This document shows positions 1 through 14,644 of a stretch of 64,000 nucleotides of DNA, one piece after another. The notes under the pieces are model-generated. The model was not told where the DNA came from and ran no database searches. It worked only from the letters and a program-made list of their open reading frames with translations. How positions within the stretch are numbered: the first letter of the stretch is position 1; each line of letters opens with the position of its first letter. Origin of the DNA: Octopus sinensis (lineage: Eukaryota). A program made the translations under genes and the position numbers. The stretch spans positions 65,906,001-65,970,000 of the forward strand of contig NC_043009.1 in NCBI RefSeq assembly GCF_006345805.1, read 5' to 3'.

Positions 1-251
1 CTGACCCAAGCGGTTTTATACGAGTACCAGTGTGTGCATAGGTGTGTGTGTGTGTGTTTGTATATACACAGTCAAAAGTGATTAAGCTTACTACGAACGC
101 AACTCTGTAAGCTGTTGCTGATGCCACACACATCCAAAACTCCAACATTATATTATTGCAAAGATACAAATTTGGAAAGCCCAGATCGAAAGGAATGGCT
201 CAACCATGCAGCCACATTGAAAAACAAAAAACAAAAATAAAATGAGCATTA

Positions 252-643
252 TCTTTTAATCTTTAACTTGCTCCAGTCTTTAGACTGCGTCCATGCTGGA
301 GCACAGCCTTAAAGAAATTTTAGTTGATTGAATGAACCCAATTGCTTACTTTTAAATCTGTTGCTTATTTTATCAGTTTCCTTTTGCCAAATTGCTAAGG
401 CATGGAGATGTAAACACACCAATGCCAGTTGTCAAGCAGTGGGGTGGAGGGCAAACAGACAGACAGACACCCCTTCCCACATATGGACAACGGGCTTCTT
501 TCAGTTTCCTTGTGTCAAACCCACTCACAAGAATTTGGTTGGCTCAAGGCTACAGTAGAAGACACTTGCCCAAGATGCCATGCAGTGGGACTGAACCCAG
601 AACCATGTGGTTGGGGAGCAAGCTTCTTATCACACAGCCATGC
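252..643 (-). mobile_element. tRNA-derived CORE-type SINE (family S1, Octopus OR-like)
   Basis: Head gctgtgtgataagaagc..gggttcagtcccactg, CORE-like cttgggcaagtgtcttctact, tail gactgaaacaagtaaaaga. Family name recalled, not searched. Confidence 0.8.
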
Positions 644-856
644 TTGCACCTATTGTGGCAAGGAAACTGAAATGATGTCCTGAAATCTATGCATTTCTAA
701 TAATAATAAAAATAATATTTGCCGGGTCATAGTGCTTGTATTTTAATATAGCATTGTGTAGTTTGAGGGTGACTTTGATATTATTTCTAGCTTCCTCTGA
801 AGGACTGACTTGGTAGGTTCCATAATGAAGATGGTGCTGTTCTAGAAGAGACTTAC

Positions 857-917
857 CTGGTAAATTTGACAGTTTCACTAATGGTTTCATAGATTTGTCA
901 CTTGAAGAAGAATAATT
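857..917 (-). CDS. Avidin-like gene exon D (61 nt, phase 0-1), Ser-rich linker
   Basis: Acceptor ttcattttcttgtag and consensus donor CAG/gtaagt. Open in the phase left by exon C ([20 protein letters not shown]). No homology support, only splice signals and frame. Confidence 0.7.
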
Positions 918-3900
918 CTACAAGAAAATGAAATACACTTTAGTATATGTGTGTATATTTGTGATTATATGTGTGTGTATATGTTGGAGGGGAGTAGTCA
1001 TATGTGTACACAATAAATTTACACACAAATTACATTCGGAATGAGTAAAATAACTTTTAGTGCTAATGGCAATTATTGCCAAGAGGAGCAAGGGAGACAA
1101 CCCAAAAATGTTAATTCAAAAAAACCAATATGCAGTAAGAGTAAATTGAATTTTTGTCAGTCATTTTACTTAATTGTTAAATGAGTGAAAGATTGTCTCT
1201 CAAAAGACTAAAGACTAATGCATGAAGAAAACTGTGTTGAATCCTTTAGGATTTAAACCGGTCATGTCCTGCTCAAATATTCTTGCTGTTTTATGTTCAA
1301 AATGGCCAGATCCAGCGTGTCACACTTACCCTACAATGACATTCTAAAAATAAACAATTGAAATCTAAAAGCTATGAGATAATGGTAAAATTAATTCAAA
1401 ACTATGAGAATAAATAAACGTTACATTTGACGACAACCTGACTGTTATGGAGGTAAACCACAAGTGAAAAATATCTCACTCGTCAAAGGAACGTTCTATG
1501 AAAGTCAAACAAGTGCAGTACATGAAGCAGTGACATGGTAGCCATGAAAGCAGAGGACATATTTGTTCCAGCTCTCTGCTGTCTAGGTTCAAACCCAGCT
1601 AAGGCCAACTGTGTACTTTCAGCATTTTGGGGCCAACGAGATAAAGAACCAGAACAGGGTGAGAGATTGGTAGGGGTTCTTTGGGTGCTAGAGTGAAAAA
1701 AAGAAAAAAAACTAGAACTAATGCTGCAAGACATCTTGTGTAAGTTCTTGGGTGGTAGATTGATGCCATTCCCTGGTTTATTAGCGCCACCTGGTCCTTG
1801 ACTATTTCCAGCAAAGTTTATTATGTTCCAAGTTTCTGATTTGAGGGCAACTTCTTCTCTCTGTCCCACCTATCATGGAGTCTCTAAAAAAATTAAAGAT
1901 CAAGGCTACCACCCTTCCTTACCTAACTAAATGGTTAAAACAAACATAAACACACCTGTTCAAAGGTGATTAGGGCTTGGGTTGCAACAACAGACTCTAT
2001 TTTAAGCACAATTGTGGCAATTATGAGGAGTGGGGTAAGTTAATATCATTAACATCTGGATTTGATTGGCACTTTATTTCACTGACCCCAGAGTGATGAA
2101 AGGGCAAGTTGTCACTTGTGTGATTTGAACTGAGAACATTAGAAAATTCATAATACCACAAGGCATTTGATCTCACTTTCCAAAGATTCTGCCAGTTTAC
2201 TGTCAAATAACAAAAATAATAAAATAATATTCATACTAATACTACAACTCTTTTCTACTCTAGGCCGGTGGGGGGGGAGTCAATTAGATCGACCCCAGTA
2301 TGCAACTGGTGCTTAATTTATCACCCCCAAAAGGATGAAAGGCAAAGTCGACCACAGTGGAATTTGAACTCAGAATGTAAAGACGGACAAAATACAGCTA
2401 AGCATTTCGCCCGGCGTGCTAACGATTCTGCCAGCTTGCTGCCATTCTACTACTACTACTACTACTAATAATAATAATAATAATAATAATAATCCTTTGT
2501 ACTATAGGCATAAGTCCTGGAATTTGGGGGGATGGGGATAGTCGATTACATCAACCCCATTACACAACTGGTACTTATTTTATCAACTTTGAAAGGATGA
2601 CAGGCTAAGTCTACCTTGGAAGAATTTGAACTCAGAGCACAAAGACAGACGAAACACTGCAAAGCATTTCGCCCAGCGTGCTGATGTCTTTGCCAGCTTG
2701 CAGCCTTGGAATACTGTTTTCTACTCTAGGCACAAGGCCCGAAATTTGGGGGAAGGAGGCCGGTTGATTAGATTGACCCCAGTGTGCAACTGGTACTTAA
2801 ATTATCCACCCCAAAAGGATGAAAGGCAAAGTCGACCTCGGCGGAATTTGAACTCAGAACATAAAGACAGACGAAATACATATTTCTTTACTACCCACAA
2901 GGGGCTAAACACAGAGAGGACAAACAAGGACAGACAAATGGATTAAGTCGATTACATCGACCCCAGTGCATAACTGGTACTTAATTTATCAACCCCGAAA
3001 GGATGAAAGGCAAAGTCGACCTCGGCGGAATTTGAACTCAGTACGTAACAGCAGACGTAATCCTGCTAAGCATTTCGCCCGGCGTGCTAACGTTTCTGCC
3101 AGCTCGCCACCTTTATATAATAACAACAACAACACCAGTAATATATGTATGTCGGCTCCATAAAATGATTATACAAAAAAGAAGGAAATAAAGAGGATGA
3201 AAAGACAGTTGTTTATACATACTGATGGTCGTTCCGGGACGTGTGTATCTTTTTCTTTTCGAGGACCAGGTTTCTGTTCATAACGTGTGAAAATGTCACG
3301 GCCTATTCTGTTTGATTTCCATTTATCATCACAGCTACTTGCCTGAGAGTGTAAGAGCCAGGTGGTCAAAAGTTTCTCGTGCCCTCCGAGGCACACGACA
3401 CACTGACCTGCAACACAAAAGAGAATCCAGGCACATGAGTATAGAAGGACAGATATAAATACATACATCTATATGTGTGCATACACACAAACATATATAT
3501 CACATATACATACATACATATATAAACATTCGTGTATATATATATATAAACATACACACAAAAAATATACACATATCATCATCGTTTAACGTCCGTTCTC
3601 CATGCTAGCATATATATACGAATATAAATATATACATATGTACATACACATATACACACACGTATATACATATGCACACATATGTACATACATGTGTACA
3701 CATATATATATATATACATTTTAAATGATGATGATGATTATATATATATATACATATGTACATACATATATATACATCCTATATTGTACATAAATGTAGA
3801 TATATATATATTATATACACACACAGATATGTACATGCATATACATACACATTATACATATATACACATATATATTTTTCATGGTTTCATTTAGACATAG

Positions 3901-5447
3901 CAATATTAATAAGAAGCTGCTAGAACTCATCTGCTCCAGAATAAAGCAAGAGGCAAATACAGAGCATTATGGGAAATAATTGACGAACAACAACAAGAGA
4001 ACAATAATCAAGTGATCGACTTCATAAGCTTACTGCTGTTTCTGCTATGACACACAACCACTCTGCTCTGAGAATTCACTGTACCTTAAAGCAGAAACAA
4101 CTATAAGCCAATGATTATATAATTCCTGTTTTCTTGCCTTTCAACCAATATATCATCACCATCATGATCACCACCACCACCACCACCATCATCATCATCG
4201 TCATCATCTAACGACCATTTTCCATGCTGATATGGGTTGGACTGTTTGACAGAAGCTGGCAAGTCAGAAAGCTGCACTAAAGTCCAGTTTGTCTAACTTG
4301 GTACAGTTTCTATAACGGGACTGAACCTGGAACCATGTGGTTGGTAAGCAAAGCTACTTACCACACCCCACAACTCTCATATTGGATATTCCCAAACACC
4401 CCCAGGGTGCACCCAAGCTATTTCCCTGTTCACCATCCAAAACAAGCAAAATGTTTCCAAGAAGTGTTCATAGAAGCTGAAGAAGTCAAGTTGGCCAAGG
4501 CTGTGAGGACGTAGAATGGATGGATACCTGTGTAAAAGGTGCAGCTACTGCCGCTGCGTCTGTTCCTATGCAGAACCACTAGGATACCATTCAATTGGTC
4601 AGAAAGGATACAAAGCAGCCCAGGTCAATTCAGGCGAAACGAAAGACAGGATGACCTTGTACACGCCAACGAATGTTTCTACCATACTTGCAGATCAGGT
4701 TTTTACGAAGTCATTGAAATACACACAAACGTGTGCGTTAATTAAGGTGTTATTTGTTAAATATGGAAATTAATTTTTATTTAATTAATAAAAACAAAGG
4801 AAAAGAACGATAAAGGTTGAGAGAGATTTAGTTTAGATATTGTATAAAAGATTTAGGAAGACGGAAAATGGGAGAGAGAGAGAGAGAGAGAGGATGAGGG
4901 GGAGATCTGGATGTAAGGGAGGCAACTGGGATTTGACAAATTTTTACAGATTTTATGCCTATGGCTTACACACACGCATTTATGCAAAGATGAACGTTTA
5001 GTCGGCAAAATGTTATAACAGTGATTGAAGGACCAAGAGATTCGTTTATAGAACTTATCAAACCTAAATTTGTAACTTTTTAATTAAATATACATACATT
5101 TATATATACATATATATATATATGTATAGAAGAATACAGTACATTTAAATACATAATTGCAACTATTAGTGGCTTGGAGTTTTAACTGCTCTTTCTAGTG
5201 AGTCAGATAGCCTATTTTTTGGTTATCTCTTATATGTTTGAATGTACAGTGTATTCTTCTATGAATAATGAATAGTCTATTGACTAAATTTTTCCATCTC
5301 GCTAGACCACTGGTAACTAAGAATTTTTCTATGAATATTCTTGCTACCCTAAGATTTTTAATTATATATATATATATGACTAGAAATATTTTTTGCTTCT
5401 TTTCATGGAGACAAAAGGGTTTATAGGACTGCAAAAAAGAAGTTTTT

Positions 5448-5498
<51 letters not shown>

Positions 5499-8115
5499 TC
5501 CAGTAGTTGAGAGTTCTGTTTATCCTATTTGTTCCACCAAATCTATACACATGTATTTACAAGTTCTCTTAAAATATAGTCAAAGAGTTTATGATCCGAT
5601 ACTCTTAGAACCGAAACAGAATTCAATCCTTGGAACTCAACTAAAAGTCTACAATATATTCTACAAGTTTTTTTTTTTTGGGGGGGGGGGTTATATTTAT
5701 TTTCTAAATTATTAGAACTCTTCTTACAAGGAAGGATCTGTTTTCTAAGAATGGAATAAAATGCCACTGCTTAAAATTGGATAACAACAATAGGTGTTAT
5801 GTATTGAACTTTAGAAAAATCTTGCATATTTTTATTGTTCTACTTATTGTATTGGCAAAGAGTGAGTACACCAATCACTTTGTTTGAAAACATTCTAGCT
5901 TTCCCAGGTTGTTAATTATACATTTACTAACAAAGACTAGTTCACTATTATTGGTATAGTTTTGAAATTATAATTACAGTCAAGAAGCTGCCGTTTTCAA
6001 AGCAGATGTCCATAAATACTCTTCTTTTCAGTGACCTTGAAAGAGATGATCATAATTGCTGGACAGCTGACCTCTGTGGCTATGGTCTTTCTTTCTGTCC
6101 CAAATAACAATGTCAGGCTTGTTATGTTTGCACTTGATAGAAGTTTTGATAGCAATGTTCTGTCAACACAGCTTCTGCTTTTATGCAAGTATTTGACAGC
6201 AGAAGTTGTCATGCAAGCACATAAATATGCAGGATACGTACATACGGATGCACACACATACATGCATATATACATATGCATACACACACATATATACATA
6301 CACATACAATCACATACATACATACATGCATGCATATATAGGCACACACACACACACACATACTGACCCACACACATGCGCACAAACAAACAAAAAAAAG
6401 AAAAAAGGGAACGCAGCTCTTTTTCCAATACCTTCATGACAAAAGACACCTATTAATTGATGATAAATTAAAGAAACTGAAAACGTAGTTTCCAAGCTAT
6501 CATTTTAAAATGTTTCCCCAGGTGTGAATATAATCCACGGCAATTTCCATCAAGTGTAAAAGAAGGTAAAACCTGGAACTCCATCAGTTCTGATAACAAG
6601 GGTTCCAGTTGATCCCATCAACAGAACAGCCTGCTTGTGAAATTAAGGCACAAGTGGCTGAGTACTCCACAGACACTTGTGTACTCTTAATGTAGTTGTC
6701 GGAGAGATTCAGCCTGACACAGAATGTGACAAGGCTGGCCCCTTTCAAATACAGTTCGTTTTTGCCAGCCGAGTGGACTGGGACAATATAAAGTGAAGCA
6801 TCTTGCTCAAGGACGCAATGCACAACTGGGAATTGAACTCATGGCCTCGAGACCATGAGCTGAATTCCTGAACCACTGAGCCATGTGCCTTCAAATTGGT
6901 GTCTGGAGAGAGTTCTTGTATGATGGCGTAGTTTTGTTGGTCTCAAGGGTTAGTCTTTGTCTGGATGTGAATATATTTAGAAAGATGTCAAGCATCGCAG
7001 AAACTGGGACAACAATTGCTCTTCGTAAGATGCCTGTTACCAAAGCTGTTTAGCAGTGAAGGGTTTGGATCATTCTTGTACCTTTTAACCACTTCATAGA
7101 GTCACTTGAAGAATCTTCATAGAACCTTTTCATAACACTGGAATACATCTCAGTTTAACCCTTTCGTTACTGTATTTCTGTTGAGATGCTCCGTATTTCT
7201 TTCAATTACTTTAAATATAACAAAGAATTTAGTAAAATAACTTAGTTATAATTAAGCTAGTGTTAGGAACAGAAATTGTGACTAAGGTTTGGTGGAAGAT
7301 TCTAATTCAGAACTTATGAACACAAGACATTTGTACTACAGAGCCAGCAGAGGTTTCAGTCGGGTTGGTAACGAAAGGGTTAAATACAAAGACCACATGA
7401 GATGAGAAGAAATACTGACATCCTCTGAGATATAAGAGAGCTCACAAATGTGACAAAACCATAGGCATCACTGTTAGTGGAATTGCTGCTATCAATGACA
7501 ACCATTATTGTATAAGTGATTTCACAGGCAGTAAAAAAAATTCTTCATTTTTTAAAATCCAGTTTGAATGCAGACAAATTGGTGAGTAAAAGGTGTTTCT
7601 CTCAATTGCGAAAGAAGAAAAAAATAATCAAAATACTGATAGAGAGTTGGAATATGATAAAGGAAAATGTTGAGCAAGTTTGTTGTTCACAATACCACCA
7701 TCCTACGTGCATGTGTGTATGATGCATACATTAGCAGGAAAACCTGTGCAAAGGAGACCCAAGTTTTAAAGCTTTCAATATACACCCACATCACCATCAT
7801 CATCATCGTTTTTAACATCCGCTTTCCCATGCTTCCATCTGTTGGACAGAATTTATTGAGGTGGATTACTTTCTACAGGTGGATGCCCTTCCTGATGCCA
7901 ACCCTCACCTGTTTCCAAGTTAAGTACTGTCCCCCACCCACACCCCAGGCCAGACATGCCTTTAGAAGAGATTGGAGATGAAGGCCACCACTTACAACTT
8001 GCTTACAACTATGATATGATGTTAAACCAAGGAGACAGATACATACATATTATGTATGTGCATGTGTTTGTGTTTGTATATATATACATATGTGTGTGTG
8101 TGTGTGTGCGTATAC

Positions 8116-8195
<80 letters not shown>

Positions 8196-10302
8196 CACAC
8201 TCTAAAGCAGAGTCGTGTCAGCTAATATACATGAAAAGATGTACAAGTAATATAAAATGAGAACAAAGATGGATGGAAGGACAAATAAACAACGTTTTCT
8301 TTTTGATACATCCCCTAAAACATCCCCCAGCACACCCCCAAATTAGCAGTATTTAGAATCTTATACAGGTTTACCTGGGTACCCCTACTACCTACCCATA
8401 GAGCAAACTTTACATAAGAGTTGGTGAGTTTTATCTCCAGCATACAACATACACACAAAAGCATTCACTGAGAAACCAATGTTCATTTTTATTTCCATAT
8501 ATTCTTTGCGTCGCAATTTAAATTGCATAAATAAATTCCCCATTCAATGCTAGAATAATGCAAAAAACGGTGGCATTTCATTGAGGAATTTATAAGTCAT
8601 TAATAGGAGACTGTGTAAAGCTTAGACATCTAAACTGACAGAAGAGGTCATTATATGTATACAGCACATATCTCTCTTTCACTGTTGCTCTCTTTTATCT
8701 CCAATTCACTAGCCTTTCCTTTCTATCTGGAATACCCTTGTAATCTGCTCTACAACAAGACACCTATCACTGCTGCTCTAGACCCTTAATTTCTCAACTG
8801 GCACGAAGCCACCCCCACCCTCATTACTACTCTCCCACTTCCAAGTTGAGACGCTTACATCTTTTTGACCTGCAATATACTTGGCAACCCTGTTGATGAT
8901 GGTGCCACATAAAAAGCACTCAGGATACTCTGTAATGGGGCTGGAGTTAGCAAGGGCATCCATCTACAGAAACACTAGACCAAAACAAACAATGGGGCCT
9001 GGTGCAAGGCCTTGGCTTTACCAGCTCCAATTACACCATGCCAACATTGAAATGAGGTGAGCATGTGTGTGTGTGTGTGTACAGTTTGGTGTATAAATTC
9101 TTATTTATAGTCTCAGAATAGGGATAGAGTGAATCATCAGCTGTGTGTATATAGGCTTTGCTTCTGTGTGCACATGTGTACCTATGTCTGTGCGTTTGTG
9201 TGTACACATGTGTGTGCAAGTTTGCTTTTGTGTTTAAACCATGGGTGCATGTGTGTGTGTATTGATCTGAGCCAATCAAATAAAAATCATCAGAGTCGGA
9301 GTGAAGTAATGACAAGAGAAATATTACCAATAACTGTGCAGCCAGCGGGACACACATAAATATGGAAACAGAAGCATAAACACACACACATCTTGGTTCC
9401 ATTACATATCACAACCTCTAAATGGTAAGTTTCAAGTCTGAACCAATATCAAGCTATTCCAACATCAGAGCAAACTTTATGATTTTCTCTTCCATCTTGT
9501 AGTGCTCCACCACCCTCAAGAAACCAGGTTGGTTTCTGAGACTTGAGCTGCCAGCCATCCCACAGAATCCCACAGAATGCCTGGCTCTGGCTGATTCGGC
9601 ACCATAGACTTGTTTGTTCGTGTAAAACTGTGAACAGCTTTGAAGACCAGAAGTGTTCTTATCATTGGTGCCAAACTCCCTGTCTGCTGCAGCTTCTAAT
9701 GCTGACGTTGTCATCAAAATGACAGACAAGATTCTATGGAGTGCTGACCTCTACACAATAGAGAAGAAATTGAAGCCAATTTTCTCACAAACCATATTGT
9801 ACCATTTATTAAGAAAAGAACTGAGAGAAAACGAAGTTGAACTGGAGTAGTAATGATAATCTTTCTTCACTTTCTCTCTCTCTCTCTCTCTCTCTCTTTG
9901 GAATAGACATAAAGAGCAAGTGTGTGTATGTGACACACATATGAAGTTAGACATAGCAAAAAAAGAGATGGTGATGACAGCAGTAGTATGTTTGTGAGAA
10001 ATCAAACAGTTTGTTTTTTCTCCTTCAGTCACTTTAATCTTTTTATATCTTCTTTGTCTCCCTCTTACAGGAGGGAGCAGCGTAAGACAGAGAATGAGAG
10101 ACACAAATGAATGGAGGACAGATAAAGAGAGAAGAATGATGAAAACTCAATAATACATTCATTCACATAATTTGTGAGTACGAGACGTTTTGGCACAGCT
10201 GTTTCGGCACAGCTGATTCATTGGCAGAAGTTTTAATGGCCCTCACTTTCTCTCACCTTCTCTCTCTCTCTTTCTCTTTCCTCTCTCTCTTTCTCCCACT
10301 CT

Positions 10303-10337
<35 letters not shown>

Positions 10338-13300
10338 GCATATTTCTCATTATGTGTATGGGGAGAGGGAAACAGTTGAAGTCAATTGTGTAAATAAATT
10401 GTAATGTCCCACTCTCTCACACTCTCTCTGTATATATATTCCTGCAGGCATGTACACAGGCATGCATGCATGTGAGTGTGTGTGTGTATGTGTGTGTATA
10501 TGTTTACCTCCAGTGCCAAAAAAATTCTGTTGCCAAAATAGATCCAAAGTCCAGTCAACCATACTAAATTGTCAGAATCCAAACAACCACGCCACTTGTC
10601 TCATTCCAATAACTTCTTTCCAAGTTCTTGCTGTTAATGTAATTCACATCAGATTCAAAATGACTCAAAATGCCTCCCTTCTTTTTTGTTACCTACCAAT
10701 GACTATTCAAAAGGATTACAGTACAGTTCTATATTTAAGAGATGAGGAATTATGTACATTATTTACATTCGCCGGATATTTGTCCTCATCTTGTTTGTTG
10801 TTAACACAGTGTTTCAGCTGATATACCCTCCAGCCTTCATCAGGTGTCTTGAGGAAATTTCGAACATGGGTTCTCATTCCTAAGGTATTTTTTTGATATT
10901 ATTATTATTATTATTCAGGTCATTGCTTGGAATCAAACTCGAAATCTTGGGGTTAGTAGCCTGTGCTTGTAGTTGTTAAGAGTACAGGCTACTAACTCCA
11001 AGATTCCAAGTTCGATTCCAGGCAGAGACTTGAATAATAATAATAATAATAATGATAATAATAATAATAATAATAACATCAAAAAATAACTTAGGAATGA
11101 GAATCCAGGTTTGTAATTTCCCCAAGACACCTGATGAAGGCTGGAGGGTATATCAGCCGAAACATTGTGTTAACAAGAAAGAAGATGGGGACAAATATCA
11201 GTCAATTGTAAATAATGTAGGATTACAGTAGTTTCACATTAAGAAAAACAGCTGAAAAAAATAAGGGGTTTTTCACTTCAAACATTTTAGTTAAACCAGT
11301 AACATCTTAATAATAAGAAAAAAAGTCATCATACTCTGTTCCCAACCTGCGGTCTGTGGACCCCTGGTGGTCCCCTAAGGTAGTACAGGGGGTCCATAGA
11401 CTAAATTCAAAATTTCCTATGTAAGTAGTTTGCTTACCAACCACATGGTTCTGGGTTCAGTCCCACAACAAAACATGTTCTGATGCAACGCTTGTGCCTA
11501 AATTCCAAACCCTATATGTGTATTGAAGGAGGGCAAGAACCAGTGGTCTATCCATTTCCATAGATCTGTTGCTATATGTATAGATATTCTTTCTACTCTA
11601 GGTTTGGAATTTTGCAAGAAGGGGTTAGCTAATTACATCAAACCCAGAGCCCCATGATAAACAAAGTTATCCTGGTGGAATTTGAACTCAAAACATTGAA
11701 GAAGGAATCTCTCATAAGAGTGTCAGGTAGATCTCACCTTCAGAATCTCCTGTCTTTTACACTTCAATTAGTCCATTGTCAGGAATCATTATTATCATAC
11801 AAAATATTGTCTGAATTTTATTCATTAAAGAATGACTTGTTAATCAGTTAATTAGTGAACTGTTAAAAAAACATATTACACACGTCTGTTTAGAGGTATT
11901 GTCATCAAGACATTGAGGTGTTTTAGTACAATGATAAACGAGTTTCCGTTTACCTATACAGGTGTATCAACCTAGACACATTCATATGCTGGGTGTCTGT
12001 CTGTGTGTGTGTGTGTGTGTGTGTGTATAACAGGTACAGTCTCTTCAATAAGGTTAAAACTGTAACAAAGAAACTAGACCATCTTCAACAGATTCACCTT
12101 TTTAATTATTTCTTATTGAATGTGATGGAATTCCAAGCAATAAACTACGAACGTATTCTTTATTCTTGCTTGTTCTTGTGACAGTGAAAACTTTTATTTA
12201 TTTATTTTTCATAACTTTTTTTTTATTAAACCATTCTCTTCAATAATTTAATGGAACGAAACTGCCATATTCATCTGTAAAAAAAAACCCCGCAAAACAA
12301 AATAAACAATGAAAACTACTTCTACTCACAGTAATACAATTTGGCAGAACATTTTGGATTTTTGCACTATTTCTTTTTTATTTTTATTTTTCTAAAGCAA
12401 TTCAATTCACCAAAGTTGTCTAATTCAAGGGAACAAAACCAACATATTCTAGGAATTGTTTAAGTATTTTCTATTCCTCCTACCAATTTAAAGAACAACA
12501 TTCAATAACATGTTGTTGTTTTTTATTTTTGGTTTTTGCAATTAACTCCACTTTAATACAATTGGAAGAACAGGCCCCATTATATTCATCAACAATTGTT
12601 TTAAAATTCCTTCCACTCTCTCGCAAAACTGCTGCAAATAAACCAGCAGAATCATCAAATTTTTCTTCTTTTTTACAAAGAAATATACCAGCATAATGAG
12701 GAGAATGATTAAATCCCTGTTAATTATATTTACGAATCATTTAAAATTAAAACCATTTTTTGCACCTTAATGGGAGAGTTCACCGAAATGAAATGGCAAT
12801 AAGTTCAAATTCCATAAAGTACACTTCACTATTCACCGTTGCAAGGTCTTTAAAATAAATACCAATAACTACAGATGCCAGCATGCTAATGCTAAAAACA
12901 ACAACAACAGAGTGGAGGTGCAATGGCCCAGTGGTTAGGGCAGCGGACTCGCAGTCGTAAAAACACGATTTTGATTCCCAGACTGGGCATTGTGAGTGTT
13001 TATTGAGCAAAAACACCTAAGCTCCATGAGGCTCCAGCAGTGGTGGTCGTGATCCCTGCTGTACTCTTTCACCACAACTTTTCTCTCACTCTTTATTCCT
13101 ACATCTGTCACAAAGTACCACCACCATGGTGTAACCCACTATCGTGTGGTAAACTTTCATACCCTAGTCTAGATTGCGAATCCTCTGTACCCCACGATGA
13201 TTCATCTCTCCACCCGTTAAAAGCCACCGCTTACGGAATGATGATAACAACGTAGCTTTCGCACCCGTGCAACTGCCAGTCTATCGTGTGAGGCGGGTGG

Positions 13301-14604
13301 ATCTTCAAGTTGCCCACATGCATTCTTAGTAGCTTAGAGTAGGCTCGAATTAGAGATCATTCTTTGTGGCTAATGGCATGAGTCCTGATTTTTTTGGTGA
13401 AGAAGAAGAAGACAACAACAACGGAGGAGTGAACCAAAGCAAACATTGAGGGGTTGATGGTTGTGGAGAGGGGTTGATGGTCGTGGAGAGGGGTTGAAGG
13501 CCTGACTGATAAGTCGGTGGCTTGGTTGAGGGGTTGCTTTGTGTGAATGGGTAAGTAAATGGAAACTAATCGACAAATACCTGATAACACCTTGGGATCT
13601 TGATGTCTGTACCTCTAAACACACAGATTTTATCTTTCCCTCATTTCAGGCTTTAGACTGTGGCCATACTGGGGCATGGCCTCGAATCTTTTAGTCAAAT
13701 GAGTTGACCCCTAGTACCTAAACCTGGCACTTATTGTATTGGTCTCTTTTTGCTGAAATGCTAAGTTGTAGGGACATAAACACACCAACACCGGTTGTAA
13801 CGCAATAGCAGAGGACAAACACAGACACAAAGGCACGCACACACATAGATATGTAAATACGTATAGAATGGGCTTCTTTAAGTTTCTGTCAACCAAATCC
13901 ATTCACAAGGTTTGGGTTGACCCGAAGCTATATTAGATGACACTAGACCAAGACGCCACGCAGTGGGACTGAACCCAGAACTATGTGGTTGGGAAGCTAG
14001 TTTCTTACCACACAGCCACACCTTCATCTATGTTCGTCATTATTTTAACAGCACTCTAATTAACAGATAAATATGTTATTCTTAAAACCAGACGTTTCAT
14101 AATTGAAATTGACAGTTTGGTTGCAGGTTCCTTGACAAGTTTATTCTTTGTTTTACAAGTTTGATGGTTTGGTTGAAGATTTGGCTTGACAGGTTAATGA
14201 TTTCATTAAGGACCTAGATAGCTTGGTTGAGGGGTTTAATTGGAAGATTACTTGATTGGTTGTGGAGTTGATGATTTCGTGGTCGAGTTGATGGTTTGAT
14301 AGCTGGATGATAGATTAGTTGATGGGTTGATCATTTCAGAGAAATCCTAATGATTTGGATGCAGACTTGATGGCTAAGCTTGAAGTTTGGTGGTTCAGTT
14401 GAAAGGTTGATGGTTTGGTCGAGAGGCTGGTGGTTTTTGTACCTCAAGATGGTTCAGCTCCACCCATTACAAACCGCATGGTTCCGGGTTCAGTTCCACT
14501 GTGTGGCACCTTGGGCAAGTGTCTTCTACTATAGCCTCGGGCCAACCAAAGCCTTGCGAGTGGATTTGGTAAGAGGAAACTGTAAAAAGCCTATTGTATA
14601 TATG

Positions 14605-14644
<40 letters not shown>

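Larger units (their letters stand above)
10728..11219. mobile_element. Foldback Penelope-type non-autonomous element: two inverted arms, each tRNA-like head + (AAT)n + hammerhead segment
   Basis: 10741-10968 is the diverged reverse complement of 10980-11219. The central tRNA-like sequence is gtagttgttaagagtacaggctactaactccaagattccaagttcgattccagg. Confidence 0.8.

Noticed and set aside
4440-4773. Cys-rich ORF ([14 protein letters not shown]...) in a CpG-containing patch
   Set aside because: No recognisable domain or consistent splice sites in any frame. Possibly a decayed Penelope endonuclease region, but not supportable by eye.
9454-9753. Minus-strand open frame of about 100 codons after an acceptor-like site
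   Set aside because: Wrong phase for the avidin transcript (it would stop within 6 codons) and no recognisable homology; probably a decayed transposon.
10969-11029. tRNA-like sequences (also SINE heads at 12905, 37200-37260 and others)
   Set aside because: They lack a complete cloverleaf and acceptor stem; these are SINE heads, not tRNA genes.
12030-12780. AT-rich stretch with a protein-like translation on the minus strand
   Set aside because: Multiple stops and no diagnostic transposase motif I could name.
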